NCBI RefSeq assembly: GCF_006345805.1
Contig: NC_042999.1
Location: 51,770,001 to 51,834,000, forward strand
From: Octopus sinensis
Taxonomy: Eukaryota
Reading direction: 5' to 3'
Length of the DNA stretch: 64,000 bases
In this document: positions 1 to 16,052 of the stretch, piece after piece
Layout: the number at the start of each line of letters is the position of its first letter
How positions within the stretch are numbered: the stretch's first letter is position 1
Position numbers and translations under genes: made by a program
Notes under the pieces: generated by a model
Database searches by the model: none
The model's input: the letters and a program-made list of their open reading frames with translations, nothing else
Told to the model about the DNA's origin: nothing

Positions 1-1820
1 TGGCTACTTTGCCGTAAGTATGGATATCAGGTTACGGATGTTTGGTACCAACTTACACCGGAGAAGGCAATGGACGAAAAGGGAAAGCAAAAATCCTCTG
101 GGACTTTGAATTCCAGACAGTTAAGGAGTTAGAGAACCGAAGGCCGGTTATATCAGGTCATCCCATAAGTTCTGTCTGAATTTTGAATAAAGAAAACAAG
201 TGATCAAATGTTATATTTAATTGAGATTTAATCATCAATGTACTTTCCCTGATTATCTATGACTTCCTTCCATCTATTGACAAGCTTTTTAATCCCATCA
301 ATGTAAAACTCTTTTGGTTTAAAAACTCTGAAATGTTAGTTTCGACCTCCTCCTGGCTTGCGGAAGTTATGTTCCCCCAATGATTCTGTAAACTACGAAA
401 CAAATGATAGTCTGAAAGAGCAAGGTCGAGAGAATAAGGTGGATGAAGAATTTTTTCCCAACCAAGCTCTTCGATCTTCTGTGATGTGATATTTGCAGTG
501 TGGGGTCGCGCATTGTCCTGATGAAAAATCACTCCTTTTCGACTCACTAATCTTTTTCCTTCAAAGCTTGGTTCAAACGCTCTAATTGCTGATAATTGAC
601 TTGAGCATTGATTGTTGCATTAGGTGGTAACAATTCAAAGTGAATTACAGATAGAGAGAAGAACCTTTTCCCCATGAAGTTCCCTTCTCGTTTGTGGTTG
701 AGCTTTTCCCCTTCTATGAAGCCACTGTTTACGACGTTTAACATTTCGATAGACGATCCATTTTTCGTCACCAGTCCCAATTCTATCCAAAAAGGGTGAA
801 ATTAGTTCGCGAGAATGGAGAGAAGAGCAAATGTCAACTTGGGATTTGCGGTTGCTTTCGGACAATTCCCGAGGCACCCATTTTCCAAGTTTAGGAACCT
901 TTCCAAGTTGTTGAAGATGACGATGAACAGTTGAACTGAGCTTTATTGCCAATTCTACAATTGATAATGCAGGATTTTCTTCAAGTAATGCCTCAAGGAG
1001 CTTATCATCAAACTCAACTGGACGTCCAGTTCAATCTTCGTCTTCAAGGCTGAAATCTTCATTTCTGAGTTTTGCAAACCATCTTCTGCAATTCTTTCGT
1101 TCAAGCATTCTTTCCCATAAACAGAGTGTATGTTTCGTTTCGCTTCGGCACCAGAGTTTCCTTTTTTGTACTCATAAAGCATTATGTGCCTTAAATGCTC
1201 TTTGGATACTTCCATGTTACAAAAGGTTTTAATCAAAAAAATTTTAATTCTATTATTCTGTAAAATAATATTTAATTAGCTTAAATGTACACAAATGCAT
1301 AAAAATAATTTTAAATACCATTAGACATTCTAAAATACTATTAAATTTCATTTAATTTTTAAAATGTTAAAATCGGACAGAACTCATGGGATGACCTGAT
1401 AGTAACCTCTAGGAGGGACAAACAAGAGTGCCTAATAATTGATGTGGCAGAGCCAGGAGATCAACATATTATCATGAAAGAAAGAGAAAAGTTTGATAAA
1501 TATGGAGATCTGAGAATTGAGATCGCTAAGATGTGGCAGCTACGAGAGTCAAACATAAAGATTATCCTTATTGTCATCGGAGCATTGGGTTCAATACCAC
1601 CCAATCTGAAAAAAAACTGAAACATCTGAAAACCTTAGAAATACCCTACAATCTAGGTATATTGCAAAGGCCGTCATTAGTTGCGACTGCACGCATATTG
1701 TGTAAAGTACTGTCTGTCTGAGGTCCTTGTTGCGCCTTGACAATCAGTATAAAAACCCCCGGTTGACACAATATCTTCAATCAACAACCGCACGACATTG
1801 TATATTGTGCGACGTCTATA
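1..1820 (+). mobile_element. Dong/R4-like RLE non-LTR retrotransposon 3' end, split by a mariner insertion
   Basis: Removing 153..1401 restores LWDFEFQTVKELENRRPVIVT...CLIIDVAEP...EKFDKYGDLRIEIAKMW...IVIGALG, an RLE domain (PD..D..K-Y). Stop at 1719-1721, then 3' UTR and (TAA)n tail. Confidence 0.85.
153..1399 (-). mobile_element. mariner (DD34D) DNA transposon, frameshifted transposase
   Basis: TIRs TCAGGTCATCCCATAAGTTCTGTC / GACAGAACTCATGGGATGACCTGA with TA at 151-152 and 1400-1401. Fragments WVPREL, TGDEKW and HQDNARPH...PPYSLDLALSD (34-aa spacing). Confidence 0.95.
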
Positions 1821-1841
1821 ATGATAATAATAATAATAATA

Positions 1842-1877
<36 letters not shown>

Positions 1878-1883
1878 TGGTGG

Positions 1884-1917
<34 letters not shown>

Positions 1918-1982
1918 TGATGATGATGATGATAATAATAATAATAACAATAATAATAATAATAATGATAATAATATTAATA
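1818..1982. repeat. (TAA)n/(TGA)n microsatellite, tail of the Dong/R4 copy
   Basis: Read directly from sequence. Confidence 0.95.
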
Positions 1983-2336
1983 AAAGAGGTTTTGGCAGAT
2001 AGAGAAAAAGAAGTATCGAATGATAAAGAGAGCTATTGGCAAATAGAGAGAGAGAGAGAACGCAAACAGTGAAAGCTACATTGCATTTTCGAAACTGCCT
2101 GCCCTTCGAGCGTATTTTTAACGGGATGAGAAATGAGGTCACAACGTTTTCAATAATGAAAGTAATGCCATATCTTTATTGCAACTGCATTTCCCAAAGG
2201 TCTTCTCTTAAACAAATTACACTTGTTACAGTTTTCAAAGAATCTGACCCCTTTTCAATGTAATGAATAACTGTTTTTAATTGTTTTACGGCATGTAGTA
2301 CATGTCTTGCATAACTTGACGACTCGTCATTTTTAA

Positions 2337-2474
2337 ACACACACGTTCATACACACACACTCACGCCCACCCACACATACTCACTCCCACACACACACTT
2401 ACTCACACACACACCAACACACTCTCTCTCAAACACACACACACTCTCTCTCTCTCAAACACACACACACACAC
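2337..2474. repeat. (CA)n/(CT)n compound microsatellite
   Basis: Read directly from sequence. Confidence 0.9.
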
Positions 2475-3652
2475 CAAAGACTACTGTTAAAATATGGCTG
2501 ACAATATTTATCTGCCGTATTATCACAGGTGTTTGTTTATGTTGTCCCTATTTGTGTAGCAACATTTTTCTGACCGTATTGCAGTCTGTTCGTCAGAACT
2601 GAAGCCCCAAAATCCCTTTATATTTACTTTTTCTTTATGTTTCTGGAAAATTTATTGCTAACTTAATTAACGCTTCAACTCTTGTGTCGAACGCAAGGGG
2701 TGTAATTAGTTACATTTGAATTGAAAGGAGAGAAGGAAATCTGAAATTTAATCGAAATCGTTAAAGGAAATATTGAAAGTTACAACAAAAACCTGATAAT
2801 ATAAAATGAACAAATGACTAAATACTTTTGGAAATAAACTAATCATCCAATTTATGGGGTTTTCTGGAGATCTATACTGAGCAGGGCTCTACTATGTGCG
2901 ATTACCATACTGAGAGTTAAAAATATGTCTTGGTCTGAATTTTGATTTCTACGTCCATGATGAATAAACAGTTTGTGTGAAGTCAACAAGAAAAGTAAAT
3001 ACATCATCGTATTACACGATCTCTGATCAAACATCACACCTTAACGGTTATTTTAACCACATCTTACATTTTCAATAGTTTGTAGCTTTTACCATGACCA
3101 GTTCTTTATTGATGTTTTCTCACGTATATTTGTAAGTGAATTGAATTAATGTTCAAGAGCAGTGAGTTTCTCGGTGGATAATGGATGAAAAGAACCATTC
3201 CACAAAATACCAGACGAAGTGAACAACTTCACACAATAATAGATAGAATTAGTAAATATTCATTTCTGTTTCTTTAATTGAATAGTTTTCTTCAAACGCT
3301 TAGACTCTTAGCTGCATAAAAGACAGAAGTTTGAATTTCTTTAGCGATAGTTTAACTTTTTCACACATACAATTGTTAATCATCGACAATGTTCCTAGCA
3401 AGATATAATTAGTAATTCCAAGACTGCTGATTAAAGTCTCAAGTAAATATAATTTTACTATCGGTCTCCAAACCTAGATTGTTTAAAGTAATATGCAGTC
3501 TGTATTTTGATGTTTCTGCCAGAATACTTTATACAACAATTTGAACAATGAAACATAAATTAAATACTTAAATGTGCTAAATACTAAAACAAAAAATTGG
3601 GAAAAACTCACCTAGACGCTACAAAAGTCTCTTATAATATATTGTGTATGAC

Positions 3653-3653
<1 letters not shown>

Positions 3654-3715
<62 letters not shown>

Positions 3716-4011
3716 TAGTAATATAATAATAATAATGATAACAATAATAATCTCATAAAATATAGTGTATGACCATACTACTACTACTACTACTACAACA
3801 ACAACAACAACAACAACTAAGAAGAAGAAGAAAAGAAGAAGAAGAAAAAGAAGAAGAAGAAGAAGAAGAAGAAGAAGAAGAAAAAGAAGAAGAAGAAAAA
3901 GAAGAAAAAGAAGAAGAAGAAAAAGAAGAAGAAGAAGAAGAAGAAAAAGAAGAAGAAGAAGAAGAAGAAGAAGAAGAAGAAGAAGAAGAAGAAGAAGAAG
4001 AAGAGAAGAAG
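3654..4011. repeat. (TAA)n, (TAC)n, (CAA)n, (GAA)n compound microsatellite
   Basis: Read directly from sequence. Confidence 0.95.
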
Positions 4012-4935
4012 AACTTAATACGAATTACGAAAGAATGGACTACACACTCAATTCCATGTAGCCAGAACGGAAGTTGCTGGAAAAAATAGTAATGACACCG
4101 AAGCCCTTGATGGTGACAATGTTGCACCCGGCAGGCCCAGAGATACTCGTCCGGCTCCAGCCTGTCGTTATCCTGCAATGGATTAGCACATACGGCGTAG
4201 ATGGAATAAACAAATTAATGCATTGGTCATGGAGTGTTACTACCTGAGCAAACTTGTAGAGAAAAACGACCCTCATTAATATGAGGGTCGTTTTGAGGGG
4301 ATACCGACAACGTATGTATGATTAATGGAGAGAAAGTGATTATGTGATCAAGTTAGAGTAATAAGAAAAAATCGTTGGTTCACAGAAGTAGAGTTCGAAG
4401 CTATCAAAACACTGGTATTGGAAAACAGTAGCAGAGGAAACGATGAAAATACAGCTATGGAAAATACGGTATGGAATTTAGGATTACCAAATGCTCAGTA
4501 CTTAATGTGAAAAGAGGGAAGAAAGCAGTCTGCAGAGGACTGCGGTTACCGTCAGTAGATACCATGGGTGAACCCGACGGTAGCGGGAATAGATACTTAG
4601 GGATTTCGGAGCTGGATGACATTCTACACAGAGAAATGAAAGTCAATGTCAGCGAGGCGTATCAAAACAGGGTGAAGATGGTGTTGAAATCCGACCTGAA
4701 TACAAAAAAATTGATTAATTGTCTGAGCCCTGAGAACAGTGAGCAAAAATCTCGAGAAGTACGTGGAACAAATAGGGAGCTGCAATAAGGGTGGATCACT
4801 TGCAGAAAACAGCACTGTTTGGAACCGCTCGGATACTTCGGAAGGTGCTCGAATAATAAGAGGTGTTACCTTAGTGCACTGGTCGTGAACAGCTGACACT
4901 GTAGTACATCTCCAGCGTTAGAAGCTGTGCAAAGG
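4012..4935 (+). mobile_element. Internally deleted Dong/R4-like element (N-terminal, RT-thumb and C-terminal pieces)
   Basis: RRRWNKQINALVMECYYLSK (N-terminal), YGMEFRITKCSVLNVKRGK...RYLGISE...RVKMVLKSDLN (RT 6/7 and thumb), LQKTALFGTARILRKVLE* ending 4856; followed by (TAC)n(TAA)n. Confidence 0.75.
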
Positions 4936-4958
4936 TACTACTACTACTACTACTACTA

Positions 4959-4999
<41 letters not shown>

Positions 5000-5042
5000 A
5001 TAATAATAATAATAATAATAATAATTATAATAATAATAATAA

Positions 5043-5815
5043 TAAATGGCAAGAAAACCCCTCCCAATGTCAAATACAGCCAACAAAATGAAACCATTGA
5101 TCATGTTGTCTTCATGTGCAGTCTTCTTGTGCCTACAGAGTATCTCAACAGGCATGGATAGAGCAGCACAATATATTCACCGGGTAATTTGCAAAAAGCT
5201 GAAATTGACCAATGATAAAATCTGGTGCGAACACAAACCACCACCAGTACTTGACAACGTACATATCTCACTTTTCTGGAACTTCACTATTCAAAATGAC
5301 AGAAAGATAAATGCGAGTAGGGCAGATATTATATTGAAAGATTTCAGACAAAAATCATGCCTCCCCATTGATATGACTGTTCTAATCGACATAGATTTAT
5401 GTCAAGACCTACCAAAAGCTGAGCAAGTATAAAGATCTGATCTTGAAATAGAAATTGGCAAGACTAAAAGAATACCTGTTGTCATAAGTGCCCTATGAAT
5501 GATAGCAAAAGGAGCTGATTGCTACCTAGCTCAGATACCAGGAAACTCCAAAATGGCAGAAATTCAAAAGATAGCACTCATTGAAACTGCCCATTTCCTA
5601 CGCAAAATACTTTCTATGTAATCTCAAGTTTAAAAAAAACCCCACATAATTTTCTTGTTTTCTTAAACATTCTCTAGAACAATACTATGTGCAAAACCAA
5701 ATATATGACACCGTAGGCATAACACCGACATGAGCTTCTAACTTGTTGTCCCTTGAGGTATCTGGGCGAGACTTGGTGCCAACTCGTACAAATACGAAGC
5801 AAAAGTCAAACGTAT
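5043..5815 (+). mobile_element. Dong/R4-like family B 3' fragment (Zn finger + RLE + 3' UTR), degenerate
   Basis: Aligns by eye with 26520-27501; DRAAQYIH, LFWNFTIQNDRKINASRADII; flanked by TAA repeats. Confidence 0.85.
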
Positions 5816-5847
5816 AACAATGATAAATATAATAATAAGAATAATAA

Positions 5848-6058
5848 TTCTTTCTACTGGAAGCACAAGGCCTCAAATTTGTGGAAAGCGATTAAGTCGA
5901 TTACATCGACCCAGTGCCTAACTGGTACTTATTTAATCGACCTCGAAAGGGTGAAAGGCAAAGTCAACCTCGGCGTAATTTGAACACAGAACGTAGAGGC
6001 AGATGAAATACCGCTAAGCATTTCGCCCGGCGTGCTAACGATTTTGCCAGCTCGCCAT
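5848..6058 (-). mobile_element. tRNA-derived SINE family 1
   Basis: Reverse complement matches 61471-61640 (GGCGAGCTGGCA...GTTCAAATT...GGTCGATGTAATCGACTTAAT). Confidence 0.8.
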
Positions 6059-6794
6059 CTTTAATAATAATAATAATACTTTCTACTATAGTAGCAATAA
6101 TCATTTGTAAGACTACCGAAAACTTGTGGATACCTAAGGTTAAAGGCAGTAACGCGCGCCCCACATAAAGCCTACCAGGAATAAAACCAAACCTGAGCCA
6201 AACTAAGATAGTAATAGTAATAATAAGTGGCTGATTCAGTGGCACAATCGTTTCAACCTATATATTTATCATTCCAGTTTCAGAGAAGACAACTCTTTGT
6301 TTATTGAATTTTCTCGCCTTTATTTCAGCGGCGGCAATTATCTCCCCCTCCCTATCGAAATGTAGTTGTCATTTTCGAAGGTAAAAGATTATTGTTCTTA
6401 CTGAGATATACAACTTTTACAAAACGTCATGCAATTATGTGTGAAATTTCAGCAATGAGATGAAATAGATTACATTTCGGGAGACACCAAAACACTTGAG
6501 ATCAAACTAAAGTGCATGTGACCAGAAATTATATTGGCAGCATCAGAAGGTAAACAACTGGCGGTCAGCCAACTTATTGATGACTAATTTAGGCTAATAT
6601 AGATCGTAATTTAGTTCTGATATTGATGGTGGTTAAAGCTCATAGTTCTATGTGACGAACGCACCTTCAGTGATCTTCCCCAAAATGTTACAAGTCGCTG
6701 TAACATCAAAATAATCTCTGATCAAAGTGAAAGATTTATTGAAGACATTTCTTTTACCGGAACATAAGAAATTATGTTTCTTTTACCGGAACAT

Positions 6795-7410
6795 TAAAAC
6801 ATCTTTAAAAGGGACTCAGACATAGGCATCTTAAATCAACGGGGTCAGATGGAAGAATGGGATTAAGAATTGTATCGATATTCAGAAATTAAGGGTTAGG
6901 AAGCCCCCTTAGGTGAGTGTTGGAAAGCTGTAGAGCTTGGAGCGTAAATTATTTAGGTAAGAGAACCGTAAAACGGTCTTTTTTAGTTAGAATGAAGTAA
7001 GCTGATAGTTTTAAATTGGTGAAACTATTTCCTTTTACATGATCTAACAAGCAAGGATACGACCCACACCATGTACAGGTGTTACCAAACAGGTAACTAC
7101 ATCGATGCATGGTGCGGGACGGCATTCCATAATATTGTATTCCTGAGTTTCAATAGGGTGAAGTTTGGATGGGGACGTAGTAGGGGTGAGAGAAAAGAGT
7201 AGGAAGGATCAGGAGATCCTTTTGCAGGATCAGTTTCGTTTGCAATATAGTAGGAATCACAAGGATACGGAAGGAGGGCAGAGGAGGAGTCGAGAGGGAG
7301 AACGTAGCTAGCCAGTGTGGGACTTGAATATAGGCACCGCAGAGTGACAGGGAAAATAGGGGATCAAGGGCTCAAGTCAAAGCATATAACTTGTTAGTGT
7401 GGGATTTGGA
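6795..7410 (-). mobile_element. Degenerate LINE 3' region (L1/Tx1-type zinc-finger remnant)
   Basis: Minus strand near 7040-7150 reads LRNTILWNAVP then, frameshifted, NTCTWCGSYPCLLDHV, resembling a C-terminal CxxC..H motif. Confidence 0.35.
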
Positions 7411-7413
7411 TTA

Positions 7414-7452
<39 letters not shown>

Positions 7453-7881
7453 ACACACACACACATACCACACGCACAGCAAATTTAAACTAAGGTGCGT
7501 GTATTGTATATAGAATGAAGATGTTTGAATGTGCAGACAATTTTTGGTTGGTCAGGATTAAAAATGAGAGAATCTTATTGGTTGCTAGTCCACCTTTTAG
7601 ATACAAACTAAGTGAATACAAAGAATGGTTGAGGAATTTACGAGTAAAAGAAGAGGAGGAGAGAAAAGAAAAAGAATAGAAAAGGAAAAGAAGGAAAAGT
7701 AGGCACGAATCGGTGTAAATATGGATTTGCAAAAATTGTAAAATGAAAAACACACTCACAAGAACATATATATGTGTGTATGTGTGTGAGTGTGTATGTG
7801 TGTGTATGTGTGTGTGTGTGTGTGTGTGGTGTGTGTGTGTGTGTGTGTGTGTGCGTAGATGTAATGCACGAGTTGATATGT

Positions 7882-10330
<2,449 letters not shown>

Positions 10331-11084
10331 GCGAATAGTTTCAAATTAATTACAATAGTAATTAGTAGCCAATTGAATACAATAATATAGAGTAAAGTTA
10401 TAATACCAAGTGTTGGTATTCTGAAAAAACTAAACGAAACCAGTTAAGTAATAGAATATAGACTTTGCTCTCATTAGGTAACTTTATTTTGTTTTCATAT
10501 TGTGTATTTAATTGGTAGTCTCTGACTTTCTCGATCAAGAAATAGGAAGTTTAACATTAAAGTGTATTATTGTTTTTCTGTTGTTGTTGTCCGCTCTTGC
10601 ACAAACTACACTCCATGTCTTTTATTTTTTCCCTTGCGTCAAAATGGCGCAGCCTTCAGCCCTTATCACTCAATAGCTGCCTGCAATAGCACATATTGAC
10701 TTCTATAAAAACTTCGCTCACATAATTCTTATCTTCCAAACAAAGAGAACTCAATGAAACTGCAACAACTTTTTCTAATTCTATTGTCTAATAATATATG
10801 GTACGGCAACTGCGAGGCGCTTTTTCATTATGTTATAATAATTACTTTGGCTAGAATTCGGCATCAAGCCATTGCTATCTAATTGAATACCTACCCTGTC
10901 TACATCAATACATGAAACATCATCATAACTTTTTACTCACTTCATTAACTAATTGATGGTTATTTTTGAACGTTAGGCAAGTTTCTCATTAACGCAATTA
11001 ATCTTTGCCACTTCATCACCATTAAATAATATAACCGTTTTTTTTTTGTCCTTCCGTTCAAAACTTAACAGGATCATATCTCAC

Positions 11085-11145
11085 TCACACATATGCATAT
11101 GCACATACATACATACATACATACATACATACATACATACATACA

Positions 11146-11222
<77 letters not shown>

Positions 11223-11415
11223 GCATGTATGTATGTATGTATGTATATATATTTATATGTCTGTATGTGTATAAATGTATATGCACATACACACACACAA
11301 ACACACTCACAATATATAAATTAGGAAGTTATATATTATATATGCATACATACAACCGAACAAACACAAGAATACGCGCGCGCGACCGTGCACACACATA
11401 CACACACACACACAC
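11085..11415. repeat. (CATA)n/(TA)n/(CA)n compound microsatellite
   Basis: Read directly from sequence. Confidence 0.9.
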
Positions 11416-11546
11416 AATTATATAGTTAGGAATATAATGCAAGCTGTATATTCTTGAAGCGAATTTCATTATTCCAGTATTCCAAAGTCGCCTGTAGACG
11501 CTGTATGAAGTATGCACAAGAATTGAAAAATACCGGAAATTATTTG

Positions 11547-11650
11547 ATTCTCTGTCTGAAGAATTTCGAATAGGAGATATCTCACATATTTCTCCTACGT
11601 GTACGATTTTGTAGCTCCTATTAGCAAACAAAACACGTGTAATGGTGAAT
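11547..11650 (+). ncRNA. Type I hammerhead ribozyme motif, long stem II, G12 mutated
   Basis: ATTCTCTGT-CTGAAGA-[AATAGGAG...CTCCTATT]-(A)AAAC-ACGT-GTA-ATGGTGAAT; stem I pairs 8/9, stem III is the ACACGTGT palindrome. Confidence 0.6.
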
Positions 11651-11690
11651 GAAGTACGGCAAACGACAAACAAGGTTTGCAATGTTCTGT

Positions 11691-11693
<3 letters not shown>

Positions 11694-11786
<93 letters not shown>

Positions 11787-11870
11787 TATATATATATATG
11801 TATATATATATAAAAGAGTAAAAGAGTAAAAGAGTATATATATATATATATATATATCTATATAAATTAT

Positions 11871-11903
<33 letters not shown>

Positions 11904-11980
11904 TAATAAATAAAACATATGCATATATATATACATATATGTACGTACCTACCTCTACATGTATATATACACGCATATAT
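11694..11980. repeat. (TA)n microsatellite containing an orphan SINE-2 tail (TAAAAGAG)x3
   Basis: Read directly; 11811-11836 matches the tail at 16951-16967. Confidence 0.85.
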
Positions 11981-12787
11981 GAGTACAGGACACCAAAAAA
12001 CGTCGAACACAATGAGAAACGAAAACATAGACACAAAACCAAGGAACTGGACTTTTTTCTTAAACAACAAAAAAATAGAGTACAGGACAAATAACACAAG
12101 GAAAAAACCCCTTCTTCAGTCGCCATGGTTTCATCTACTCTGCGTTCGAAGGTGAAGGCGAGACGCATCTTCGATAGAAACATTCCTTCCTGCGAAAAGC
12201 AAATCAAATAAAATTGAGATCTTTTTGCAGAGGGGTAAAAATGGTAACAAAAACAGGACAGTAACGGCAGTACAAAATATAAGCAGTAAAAGACAGGACA
12301 AGGAAAATAACAAGACAAGAAGGGCTGTTAAGCCGAACGAAAAAAAGTATTATGTATGCATGTATGTATGTAAGGAAGGCAGCTATACGCAATATAAATC
12401 CAAAATGGAAAAATTCAGTTGTCACTAATTGTGACTGGGTTTGCAGGGTAGCATCTACATTGCTGGAAATGAAAGTGAAGAACTCTTAGAGCTTCCAAAA
12501 AGCACATGTTTATGCACTGACATGTATGTGTATATGTATCTTTGTATATATGTACGTACGTACATACGTATATATGTGTGTATATGTGTGTATGTGTGTG
12601 TATGGATATATTTTTGTGAATTCATTTCTTTCATTAAAAATGGAGTATTCTATAAATTTGATTATTTGACATTGTCAATTGCTATGAATGCAGGAACGGG
12701 GAATTGAGGTCTTTATAACTTTTACATGTTCTTATTTCAGAATTCAGAATTTTACCTTGCAGCTTTCATAGTTTATGTGTACAGCGT

Positions 12788-13020
12788 GTCGGCACGTGGC
12801 TTAGTGGTTGGAGTGCTGGACTCCTCATCGTAAGATTGTATTTTTCGTATCGGAGACCGGGCGATGTGTTGTATTTTTACGTTGCCCCAGTCCACTCAGC
12901 TGTCTAAAAGGACTAATCCTACGACGGACAGGCGTCCCGTCCAGCGGGATGAATATATGCGCCACAGAAACCAGGCAAACTGATCATTATGAGATTCTAT
13001 GATTCGAAAAGGATCTTCAT
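12788..13020 (+). mobile_element. Old tRNA-derived SINE (family 3)
   Basis: A-box-like TGGCTTAGTGG head; core CAGTCCACTCAGCTG and CCTACGACGGACAGGCGTCCCGTCCAG. Confidence 0.55.
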
Positions 13021-13831
13021 TTCTTATCCTTTATGTGCATAGTTACACAAAAATTATGATCCAAATCGGTAGGAAAAGAGATTCCATTTTCTGCTTTCTT
13101 CCTTCCGTTGGTCAGTAAAGCGTGCTGTTCACACTTTAATAAACTTATATTTCTCTGTTTCCTGTATCTGAATGTATCTAAACATCTATATGTTTGTGGA
13201 ATTGTGGATTGGCATTTCGCCTGTATGTTGGCAAATTTAAACCGCCGCTTTTCCTCTTACATACCTTCAAAACTACATCGGTAGGTGTCTGTCTCATAAA
13301 AGAATAATTAAAGAACATAGACCATTAACAAGTTAAATGCTTGATGCCTTTTCTGGAGACAAAAAAACCCCCATATATTTCGCTGACTTGGTTTCTTGTT
13401 TTAAGCTTATACTTTTCTTTCTTTTTCTTCATACATATTTACCGGCTAGCTTCAATCGTGGTTTATTTCATATTTATCTATTATTGTTTATTTTTCTTTC
13501 TTTGTCTTGAGATATTTTAATGTTGTCATGGAAACACACCTGCTTGATATAAATTCGGGTTAATACAAATCGTTTGTAGCAACTGAATTTTGCATGCAAT
13601 TCGGATGAGTCAACATTCGATTGTATCAATATAAATGATGCAGCTTAAGTCTATAGTTGCATATGTTAAGTAACAATATGGCAATAGTCTTGAGTTCGAA
13701 ATCCGATGAAACGAATCTACATTTAGATAATAAAACAACTTACAGCAATCTCCTTATAAATTTTATTTATCTGTCTGTATGTCTGTCTATTTATATGTGT
13801 GTGCGTGCGTGAGCGGGTGTGTTTGTGCGTT

Positions 13832-13894
<63 letters not shown>

Positions 13895-14485
13895 ATGAAT
13901 ATAGTTTTCGGGAACCCAACAATATAGAAGGTAAACGAAAACACCAAACTGAAAAAAGCAACAAAAATCAAAAAGAAACTGCTGCTTACAATACCATACC
14001 CAGGCTGGCAACCTTCAGCGAGACCTATGCGCCTTGGGGCTACAGATTTTTCCTTTCCAACATGTCACAGATACAGCAGTATAAGAGTTTCAAATAAAGA
14101 GCTCTTGGATGTCACTTGGGGTTGGTGTCACATGGTCATACAGTTCTCCTGAGTCTGTCCAGACATAAACGCCTGTCTCCTCGTCACATCAGAATCCGTA
14201 GCTGTTGTCCTCATGTATAACAGTGTGAAAATGGACTCCACTGTCTTAAACCTGCTGGGTATTTCGTTGATCATGTAATAAACCTTCTGGACCACTTTAG
14301 CTGTCTTGACCATCGCTATCAACTGAACATGTTTGTTTTTTCTCGGCACTAAGGTAATCTTAGTAGCTTCTATGTTGAAGTGAAGGCAGCATGTTCTTTG
14401 TCTATCTCATTAATTTCTTGGAGATTTAGGTATAATTATACTAATGTGTCCATCTGTTTTAATTTAATTAAATTCTATGTCTTTG

Positions 14486-14572
14486 TGCAGCTGAGGATTG
14501 CTCTGCATTTTAAATTGATGTAATGATTGCATTGTTCAATTAATTGGAGTTGCATGAAACGATCGTATTGCA
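14486..14572 (+). ncRNA. Type I hammerhead ribozyme motif
   Basis: TGCAG-CTGAGGA-[long imperfect stem II incl. AATTGA/TCAATT]-GAAAC-GATC-GTA-TTGCA; stem I 5 bp, stem III ACGATCGT palindrome, GUA triplet. Confidence 0.65.
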
Positions 14573-14601
14573 TTACCTCTGGATATCATTGTTGCTTATT
14601 T

Positions 14602-14642
<41 letters not shown>

Positions 14643-16052
14643 TTGTCTATATATGATGTGTCCTTGGACATATGGTGTACTATCATAACGTATATAGAAA
14701 CGTAATATATGCACCAATTGTGCGTTGCCACAAAGACACCGTATTTTAATATTTGTGATGGAAAACGGTTCCAACTGAGAATCGAAACAGTGTTTCAATT
14801 CCGAAAGCGAAATCAAGTTTCTTACAACAGAAATATCTTTTGTGTTGTTAATTATTGCGTGAGAAAGCAGGGCCATTGTTAAGCAACTATTGTAGTCCTG
14901 TGGAATGTAGTTCCTTCTAATAACCGGAGTTCAAATTTGGAAGTATGGAGGACCTTGATGGAGAAACTATTACAAGAGTCAGGAATAATGTTGGCATCTT
15001 TGACCTTTTCTTCTTCCTGATAATCTGATCTATTTGAACCAGTCAGTTCTCAGCTTTAACCTCATTACTTCATTATGGCTCATATTTACATCCGTAGATC
15101 AAAGTGACATGATTAGAGATTGCAGGGAAGTAGGTGTGGCTGGAACAGTCTATTTAAATATGGCAGTGATAAAAGCTCATACAAACTATAAGCCACATCA
15201 GAAAGATTTCTATGCTTGTTGTTGTTGTTGTTGTTGTTGCTGTTGTTGTTAGCATTATTGAACTACATTTAATCATGTTAAGCAATGTTAATTCCAATGA
15301 CTTAGAATGTATTTATATCTATAATTTGTTCTAGAAACTTTATTGCGAGTCAGCAGAACGTAATCTGCGCAAGAAAATGTTCGGTTTCGTTTTCAAACTG
15401 ATTCTCAAAGCTCTATTATCAGAATCAGATAACTAATAGATATTCCATGAAGAAATCACGGAACGTTTATCGCACCAATACTTATAATGAGATAGAACTT
15501 CCAGTGCCAGAGAATTTTCTTTTAGTGTTCTAAACATATGTTGCTATGACAATTGATAGAGAGAACAGAGAAGAGTCAATTGAAATCTACGTGTGTGTGT
15601 GTGTATGTGTATGTGTGTGTGTGTGTGCGTGCTTGTATTTAGGTAACGATTGTGTTAAGGAATATATGACAATTGCTCGCTTAGCCTTGGCCATTATTCC
15701 ACTTTGAAGCTGACGCTTCCCGACAAAAGGCAGCAGCCATTCTATTCAAAATATTGTCTCGTTTTCACAATCATCATAAACAGCAACGGGATTCCAAACA
15801 TTATAATTACTTGTATTTCTAGGTGTCCACAAACTATAGTGAATCTATTTACTGGGTGCAGTAGTTTTGTTGCCTTAAATAATGGAAATTAATTTGGTAC
15901 TGTGAGTTTTTTGGCCACTCACAGCTTTAAAAGTTCTGTTCTAGTGTGACACAGCCCTTTCTATATAGAGTTACTGATAAAAGTTTCAACACTTAAAACT
16001 TAGCATATACCAATCCAAATCCAGCAATAACTAAAAGAATAAAACAAATAAA

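Noticed and set aside
2557-2603. Additional weak hammerhead-like strings (also ~10420, 13580-13720, 19080, 32170)
   Set aside because: Several core or stem mismatches each; not distinguishable from chance without family consensuses.
6319-6386. Possible micro-exon (TTTCAG...AAG/GTAAAA)
   Set aside because: Weak donor, no recognisable peptide and no partner exons.
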